Shown here: positions 58,578-64,000 of the stretch, piece after piece
How positions within the stretch are numbered: position 1 is the stretch's first letter
Layout: each line of letters begins with the position of its first letter
Assembly: GCA_047602405.1 (NCBI GenBank)
Contig: JASGHJ010000002.1
Span: forward strand, 1,312,001 to 1,376,000
From: Anaeromyxobacteraceae bacterium
GTDB lineage: Bacteria; Myxococcota; Myxococcia; Myxococcales; Anaeromyxobacteraceae
Direction: 5' to 3'
DNA: 64,000 nucleotides
The notes under the pieces: generated by a model
Told to the model about the DNA's origin: nothing
Seen by the model: the letters and a program-made list of their open reading frames with translations, nothing else
Databases searched by the model: none
Made by a program: the position numbers and the translations under genes

Positions 58578-59324
58578 TCAGGGTCCGGTCCCTGCAACCG
58601 CTTCGGCACGGGCCGCGTAAGTCTTAAGGACACGGGCCGGATCCACGGGTCGGCCACCCACCCGAACCTCGAAGTGCAGGTGCGGACCGGTGGAGCGCCC
58701 GGTCGAACCGACCGTCGCGATTTCCTGGCCCGCTTCCACCTTTTCTCCTGGAGTCACCAGAACTTGTGCCGCGTGGCCGTAGAGCGTGACCACGCCGTTC
58801 CCGTGGTCGATCTCGACGGCGTTGCCGTAGCCGCCCCGGGGGCCGGCGCGCAGGACCAGACCGGCGCCAGGTGTGCGAATGGGCGCACCCTCGGGCGCGC
58901 CGAGGTCCACGCCGTGGTGGTCCGCAGGCTCGGCGGTGAGGGGGTCGATCCGGGCCCCGAAGCGGCTCGTGATGGCTCCCTGGACGGGGGGGCCGGAGAG
59001 CGCGGCCAGCGCGGCGCCGGAGGCCGGCGGGGCCACGGCGGGCGCGAGCGCGCGGGCGGGGCCGGGGAGGGGCCCGGGGGCGGCCGCGCCGCCGGACAGC
59101 GACCGGGTCACCTGGTCGGCGAGGCCGAGGCCGCCGGCCTGGGCGACCGCGTCGGCGAGCGCCTCGGCGAACATGCCGGCGCGCACCGACTTGCCGGCGC
59201 CCTCGCCGCCGTCGAACACGCCGCTCGTCTCGATGACCTGCCGGAGCAGCATCGACTCGAGCTGGCGCGCGGCGTCGCGCAGCCTGGGGTCCGTCCCGCC
59301 CGCGGTGGCGCCCGGGAGCCTCAC
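58578..59324 (-). CDS. flgJ: FlgJ-type rod-binding domain fused to M23 peptidase
   Basis: L..AA..LE..L..Q...GGLGLA; H.GVD, GYGN, YGH, STGPHLHFE. Confidence 0.75.
   Translation of the reverse strand: MRLPGATAGGTDPRLRDAARQLESMLLRQVIETSGVFDGGEGAGKSVRAGMFAEALADAVAQAGGLGLADQVTRSLSGGAAAPGPLPGPARALAPAVAPPASGAALAALSGPPVQGAITSRFGARIDPLTAEPADHHGVDLGAPEGAPIRTPGAGLVLRAGPRGGYGNAVEIDHGNGVVTLYGHAAQVLVTPGEKVEAGQEIATVGSTGRSTGPHLHFEVRVGGRPVDPARVLKTYAARAEAVAGTGP
58600..58627 (-). promoter_or_regulatory. Putative sigma-28 promoter of flgM
   Basis: TAAG-N15-GCCGAAGC versus consensus TAAA-N15-GCCGATAA. Confidence 0.55.
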
Positions 59325-60427
59325 TCGAGCACCTCGATGTCGGCGTCGAGCGCGCCGGCGGCCTTCACGGCCTGCAGGATGGCGATGAGGTCGCGCGGCG
59401 TCGCGCCGAGCAGGTTGAGGGCCTTCGCGAGGTCCTCGACCGTGGCGGTGGCCGGCAGCGCGACCGCGTTCCCGGCCGCCTCGTCGGCGCCGGCGCTGTC
59501 GCGGGAGGCCCGGGTGGTCGTGCCCTGGCCGAAGGGGTTCGGCTGCGAGATCACCGGGGTCTTCTGGACGCGGACCGAGAGGCCACCGTGGGCGATCGCG
59601 ACCGGGCGGAGCTTCACGCCGTCGCCGGCCACGACCGTGCCGGTGCGCTCGGAGACGACCACCCGCGCGCGGTGGTCGGCGTCGACCTCGACGCCCTCCA
59701 CCTCGGCGAGGAAGCCCACGAGGTCGTCCTTGCGGGCGTCCGGCACGGTGAGGGTGACGCCGGCCGGGTCGGTCGCCTTGGCGGTGCCGGCGCCGAGCTT
59801 GCCGTTGAGCGCCGCGGCCATGCGGCTCGCGGTGGTCAGGTCGGAGCGGTGCAGCGAGAGGACGAGCGAACCGCCGGCGAGGGCGCCCTCGACGGCGCGC
59901 TCCACGTTGGCGCCGCCCGGCACGCGGCCGGAGGTGGGGGTGTTCTTCCGGACCGAGGCCCCGGAGGTGCCGGCCTCGAAGCCGCCGACCTGCACCGCGC
60001 CCTGCCCGACCGCGTAGACCTTGCCGTCGCCGCCGGTGAGCGGGGTGACGAGGAGCACGCCGCCCTGCAGCGAGCGCGCGTTGCCCATGGAGGCGACCGT
60101 GACGTCGAGCTTCGCGCCGGGCCGGGCGAAGGGCGGGAGCGTCGCGGTGACCATCACCGCGGCCACGTTGCGGGAGCGCACGTCCTTCGGGTCGATGCGG
60201 ATGCCGAGGCGCCCGAGCATGCCCGCCACCGACTGCGAGGTGAAGAGCACGCGCTCGGTGTCGCCGGAGCCGGCGAGGCCGACCACGAGCCCGTAGCCGT
60301 AGAGCGCGTTGTCGCGCACGCCCACCACGTCGGCGAGCTCCTTCACGCGGGCGGCGCGGGCGGGGCGGGCGGCCGCGAGCGCGGTGGCGGCGGCGAGGAC
60401 GGCGAGGACGCGGACGAGGGCGGGCAT
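59321..60427 (-). CDS. flgI: Flagellar P-ring protein
   Basis: GVR.N.L.GYGLVVGL.G.GD, NVAAVMVTA, ERTGTVV. Confidence 0.96.
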   Translation of the reverse strand: MPALVRVLAVLAAATALAAARPARAARVKELADVVGVRDNALYGYGLVVGLAGSGDTERVLFTSQSVAGMLGRLGIRIDPKDVRSRNVAAVMVTATLPPFARPGAKLDVTVASMGNARSLQGGVLLVTPLTGGDGKVYAVGQGAVQVGGFEAGTSGASVRKNTPTSGRVPGGANVERAVEGALAGGSLVLSLHRSDLTTASRMAAALNGKLGAGTAKATDPAGVTLTVPDARKDDLVGFLAEVEGVEVDADHRARVVVSERTGTVVAGDGVKLRPVAIAHGGLSVRVQKTPVISQPNPFGQGTTTRASRDSAGADEAAGNAVALPATATVEDLAKALNLLGATPRDLIAILQAVKAAGALDADIEVLE

Positions 60428-60436
60428 GGTGGGCGC

Positions 60437-61111
60437 CTAGAACGGCCAGATCCAGGACCAGAACCGCTGCGCGAAGCCCTGGCGGCCGTTGTCGGTGAGG
60501 ATGCCGCGGCCGGTGAACTCGATCTCGGCGTCGGCCACCTTGGTGGAGGAGACCTGGTTGTCCCCGTCGATGTCGATGGGGCGCACGAGGCCGGAGATGT
60601 AGAAGTGCTGCTCCTCGCTGTTCACGAGGACCACCCGGTGCCCCTCGATGAAGAGGTTGCCGTTCGGCAGGACCTTCCGGACGAGGGAGGGCACCGTGGC
60701 GGTGAGCTTCTCGGTGCGGGCGGTCGAGCCGAGCGCCTTGAGCGCGGTCTCCGTCGAGGCGTCGAGCTTGACCGCCGGGATCGCCGAGGCCGCGTTCAGG
60801 AAGGCGGACACCGCCGCGGCGGTCGAGCTCGAGCGAGACAGGTCGGTGTCGCTCGAGCGCTTCGCGTCGGCGATCTCCTCGACCTTCACGACCACGAGGT
60901 CGTTCTCGCGCAGGGCGCGCGCGTCGGTGAAGAGCAGCGAGGTGTTCCGGCCGTCGCGCCAGAGCGAGCCGGGCGTCGAGGCCTGCTCGGTCTCGGCCGC
61001 GTTCGGCACGGCGTACTCGCGCTGCTTCGGCACGTACTTGCCGACGTGCTCCACGCCGCCGCAGGCGGCGAGGGCGAGCGCGGCGAGCGCGAGGGTGAGC
61101 GGGCGCGTCAT
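60437..61111 (-). CDS. flgH: Flagellar L-ring lipoprotein
   Basis: LAAC; LF.D.RA; VLPNGNL.IEG; G.VRP.DI; WPF end. Confidence 0.93.
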   Translation of the reverse strand: MTRPLTLALAALALAACGGVEHVGKYVPKQREYAVPNAAETEQASTPGSLWRDGRNTSLLFTDARALRENDLVVVKVEEIADAKRSSDTDLSRSSSTAAAVSAFLNAASAIPAVKLDASTETALKALGSTARTEKLTATVPSLVRKVLPNGNLFIEGHRVVLVNSEEQHFYISGLVRPIDIDGDNQVSSTKVADAEIEFTGRGILTDNGRQGFAQRFWSWIWPF

Positions 61112-61740
61112 GGGGCCTCCAGGGCGATGCGGGCGCCGTCCCAGCGGCCCTCGACGCGGCGGCCGCCGGGGAGGAGCGCGCAGGCCTTGCCGCGGGCGCA
61201 GGCGAGCGCCTTGCCGGTGACGGTGAGCTCGACCCCGCCGGCGCGGACCGCCACGGTGACCGGGTCGCCGGGGCCCGGGCCGACGCGCAGGTCGGCCTCG
61301 TCGAGCACGTCGCCGGCGCGGAGCGGGCGGGCCGCGGTGGCGCCGGCGGGGAGCGCCGGGAGGGGTCGGCGGCCGGCCTCGAGGACGACCTCGGCGGCGA
61401 CGGTGGCCCCGGCGAGCGGCTCGCCGGCGCGGAGGTCGCGGGTCGCGCGCAGCCCGGCCGCGGAGACCCGGACGTCGGCCCACGCCACGCCCGTGCAGCG
61501 CGCGCCCACGGCGTCGCGGCCGTCGAAGCCGAGCGGCACCTGGCCCGAGGCGCCCACGGCGCGCGCGGCGCTCCACGCGGCGGGCACGCAGCCGCGCGGG
61601 GTCGCGCCCGACACGCCGCGCACCTCGGCGCGCGCGCCGGGGACCGCGAGCGCGGCGGCCACGGCGGCCTCGGCCGTGGGGGCGGCCGGGAGGGCGGCGC
61701 AGAGCGCGGCGACGACGGGGAGGGCGGAGAGGGCGATCAC
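61108..61740 (-). CDS. flgA: P-ring formation chaperone (divergent)
   Basis: Between flgG and flgH; SAF-like segment and GD.V......G.V..T..G.AL. Confidence 0.65.
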   Translation of the reverse strand: MIALSALPVVAALCAALPAAPTAEAAVAAALAVPGARAEVRGVSGATPRGCVPAAWSAARAVGASGQVPLGFDGRDAVGARCTGVAWADVRVSAAGLRATRDLRAGEPLAGATVAAEVVLEAGRRPLPALPAGATAARPLRAGDVLDEADLRVGPGPGDPVTVAVRAGGVELTVTGKALACARGKACALLPGGRRVEGRWDGARIALEAP

Positions 61741-61744
61741 GTGG

Positions 61745-62530
61745 CTACCGGAGGTTGGTGAGGCGCTGCAGCATCTGGTCGGCGGTCTGGATGACCTTGG
61801 AGTTGAGCTCGTAGGCGCGCTGGGTGGAGATCATGTCGATCATCTCCTCCACGGCCTTCACGTTCGCGCCCTCGAGCGCGCCCTGCAGGATCGTGCCGGT
61901 GCCCTGCTCGCCGGGCCGCACCTGGATCGCCTCGCCGGAGGCCTCGGTGCGCATGTAGAGGTTCCCGCCCACCGCCTCCAGGCCGCCGGGGTTCGCGAAG
62001 GTGCACAGCTCGAGCTGGCCGATCTCCTCGAACTCCTCCTTCGTGGAGAGGCGGGCGAGGACCGTGCCGTCGTTGCGGATGCGCACCTCGGTGGTGTCGA
62101 GCGGGATGTTGACGTCGGGGTCGACGACCTCGCCGTTCGCGGTCACGAGCCGGCCGGTCGAGTCCATCCGGAAGTTGCCGGCGCGGGTGTAGGCGAGCTC
62201 GCCACCGGGCTTCTGGACGCGGAAGAAGCCGTCGCCCTGGATGGCGAGGTCGAGCTGCTGGCTCGTGTTCTGGATGTCGCCGAGCGAGAAGGTGCGGCTC
62301 GTCGAGCCGGTGCGGACGCCCAGGCCGACCTGCAGGGGGGTGGGCGAGGTGCCGCCGCGGGGGTCGGGCGCCTCGGCGCCGCGCAGCGTCTCGGAGAGGA
62401 GGTCCTCGAACTCGGCGCGCACCCGCTTGAAGGCGGTGGTGTTGGTGTTCGCCAGGTTGTTCGAGATGACGTCCATCTTGAGCTGCTGGGCTTCCATCCC
62501 GGTGGCGGCGGTGTAGAGCGAGCGGAGCAT
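61745..62530 (-). CDS. flgG: Distal basal-body rod protein
   Basis: SNNLAN.NT, DLAI.G.GFF, YTR.G.F, QRAYE.NSK.I. Confidence 0.96.
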   Translation of the reverse strand: MLRSLYTAATGMEAQQLKMDVISNNLANTNTTAFKRVRAEFEDLLSETLRGAEAPDPRGGTSPTPLQVGLGVRTGSTSRTFSLGDIQNTSQQLDLAIQGDGFFRVQKPGGELAYTRAGNFRMDSTGRLVTANGEVVDPDVNIPLDTTEVRIRNDGTVLARLSTKEEFEEIGQLELCTFANPGGLEAVGGNLYMRTEASGEAIQVRPGEQGTGTILQGALEGANVKAVEEMIDMISTQRAYELNSKVIQTADQMLQRLTNLR

Positions 62531-62542
62531 GGGGTCCTTTCG

Positions 62543-63248
62543 TCAGCGGACGCGCGCCACCTCGATGGCGCGCTGATCGAGCTGGCGGTACGTCTGGATG
62601 GCCTGCATGGAGGCGTCGTAGGAGCGCTGCGCGTTCACGAGCGCGATGGTCGCCTCGAGGGCGTTGGAGTTGCCGAGCTCGATCTCGCCGATGCGCACGC
62701 CGGCCTCGACCGGCACCGCGCGGCCGCCCTGGCCGGGCGCGAGCATGGAGGGGCCGACCCGGTCGACCGTCCCCTCGAGGCGGGCGAGGGCGAGGTGTGC
62801 GACCTCGGCGTCGTCCGCCCACACCGTGCCCCGGGCGTCGATGCGCGCCGCGCGATCGGGGGAGGGTGATGGGGTTGCCGTCGCGCCCGAGCACCAGGCG
62901 GCCGTCAGAGACGAGACGCCGCGCCCCGTCGAGCGTCAAGCGGCCGTCGCGCGTGTACGCCGTGGCGCCGGCCGGGGTCCTGAGCGTCAGGAAGGCGCCG
63001 TCCTCGGGCACGAGATCCAGGGGGTTGCCGGTGGTGGCGGTGGGGCCGGGGCGCAGGTCGAAGCCGGTGGCGACGGCGGCGGGGTAGTGCTTGTCCTGGG
63101 CCCCGCTGGGCGCCATGAAGGCCTCGAAGGCCGGGCGCGCGGCCTTGAAGCCGGGCGTCTGGGCGTTGGCGAGGTTGTCCGCGACGGAGTCGAGCTGCTC
63201 CTGTCGCGCGACCGCCCCGCACATGCTCACGTAGAGTCCGTCTGCCAT
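62543..63248 (-). CDS. flgF: Basal-body rod protein (apparent 1-nt error at 62858-62862)
   Basis: NLANA.TPGFK, TGNPLD, YTRDG; second frame E..N.N..E......QRSY. Confidence 0.85.
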
Positions 63249-63272
63249 GCACACACCTCGCGGGGACGCATG

Positions 63273-63288
63273 AGCAAGGGCCGGGCCA
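63273..63288 (-). promoter_or_regulatory. Putative sigma-54 promoter of the flgF operon
   Basis: TGGCCCGGCCCTTGCT on the minus strand. Confidence 0.65.
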
Positions 63289-63313
63289 GCGTCGAACCCC
63301 TGGCGGATCGGGC

Positions 63314-63329
63314 TGGCATCCTCGTTGCT
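63314..63329 (+). promoter_or_regulatory. Putative sigma-54 promoter of fliJ
   Basis: TGGCATCCTCGTTGCT. Confidence 0.65.
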
Positions 63330-63427
63330 CTGGCGGAGGGGCAGGAGGTGCCCGGCCGAACCGGCCGCGCGGAAGAACGCAGCGTCGCGCGCGGGTGGGC
63401 TTATCGGAAACCGGGCCTCGTGACGTA

Positions 63428-63856
63428 ATGCCCAACGTGGTGCCCAAGACTCGACTCGACCGTTTGGTCCAGCTCCGCGAGCGCACGGAAGACGTGGCGC
63501 TCGAGAACCTCGCCCACGCGCAGTCGAGCCTGGGGCGCGCCTCGGCGCGGCTCGCCGGGCTCCGCCAGGAAGCGAAGCGCGACGGCCGCAGCCGCGGGTC
63601 GGTCGACCTGTGGGCGGTCGAGGAGGGCGCCCACGTCCGCGCCCTCCAGGCGATCCGCACCGCCGAGCGCGAGCTCGCCCAGGCCGTCCGCACCGAGCAG
63701 GTCGCGCGCGTCGGCTACGGGACCGCGTACCGGAGCGCGGAGGTGATCCGCCGGGCGCAGGACAAGAAGCGCACGGAGCTCCTCGACGCGGCCGAGAAGC
63801 GCGAGCAGAGGGCGCTCGACGAGCTCGCCACGCTCCGCTTCAACGCCGGCCCCTGA
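63428..63856 (+). CDS. fliJ: Flagellar export protein FliJ-like
   Basis: RL..L..LR...E..A...LA coiled coil and EQ..LDE.A end. Confidence 0.7.
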   Translation: MPNVVPKTRLDRLVQLRERTEDVALENLAHAQSSLGRASARLAGLRQEAKRDGRSRGSVDLWAVEEGAHVRALQAIRTAERELAQAVRTEQVARVGYGTAYRSAEVIRRAQDKKRTELLDAAEKREQRALDELATLRFNAGP

Positions 63857-64000
63857 TCGCGCGCCCGCGCGGCGTCCCGGGGTCTCGGGACAGCCGGGTG
63901 TGCACCCCTCCCACCCGGCGAACGCGGGTGGAAATCGGCGTCCTCGCCTGATTGACTGCGCTCGGGGGGACGGGCGTCCGACGCGCTCCCCTCCCCCGAC

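Overview
Very GC-rich chromosomal window, most consistent with an Anaeromyxobacter-like member of Myxococcota (tgl, DUF2378/DUF2019, close orthologue of the Anaeromyxobacter globin-coupled kinase). It holds a housekeeping backbone (queE end, tgl, recO, polA, divIVA, holB, holA, metG, tatD, yhaM-like, pncA), an oxygen/energy-stress cluster (three CBS proteins, USP, DksA-like, NtrC regulator, globin-coupled kinase phosphorelay, FNR-like regulator) and a flagellar cluster (flgFGAHIJMNKL, two fliC, fliD, two fliS, fliJ). Most notable unannotated structure: (1) two divergent ~250-nt copies of a strongly covarying folded element at 37.7-38.4 kb, probably an undescribed ncRNA, with retron msr-msd-like geometry but no reverse transcriptase in the window; (2) an integrase-less 5.1-kb islet (multiheme cytochrome plus RCC1 lipoprotein) bounded by a 72-bp duplication of the divIVA 3' end in which all differences are synonymous; (3) a 1.2-kb element with 34-bp terminal inverted repeats carrying a RAYT-like Y1 transposase and an orphan DUF2019 gene, next to a REP palindrome; (4) a probable catalytically dead class I adenylate cyclase homologue inside the flagellar operon. 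Nine apparent frameshifts all lie at or next to GATC, so they are probably sequencing artefacts, possibly from GATC DNA modification, and are not treated as pseudogenes. All calls are by eye; no database searches or folding programs were run.
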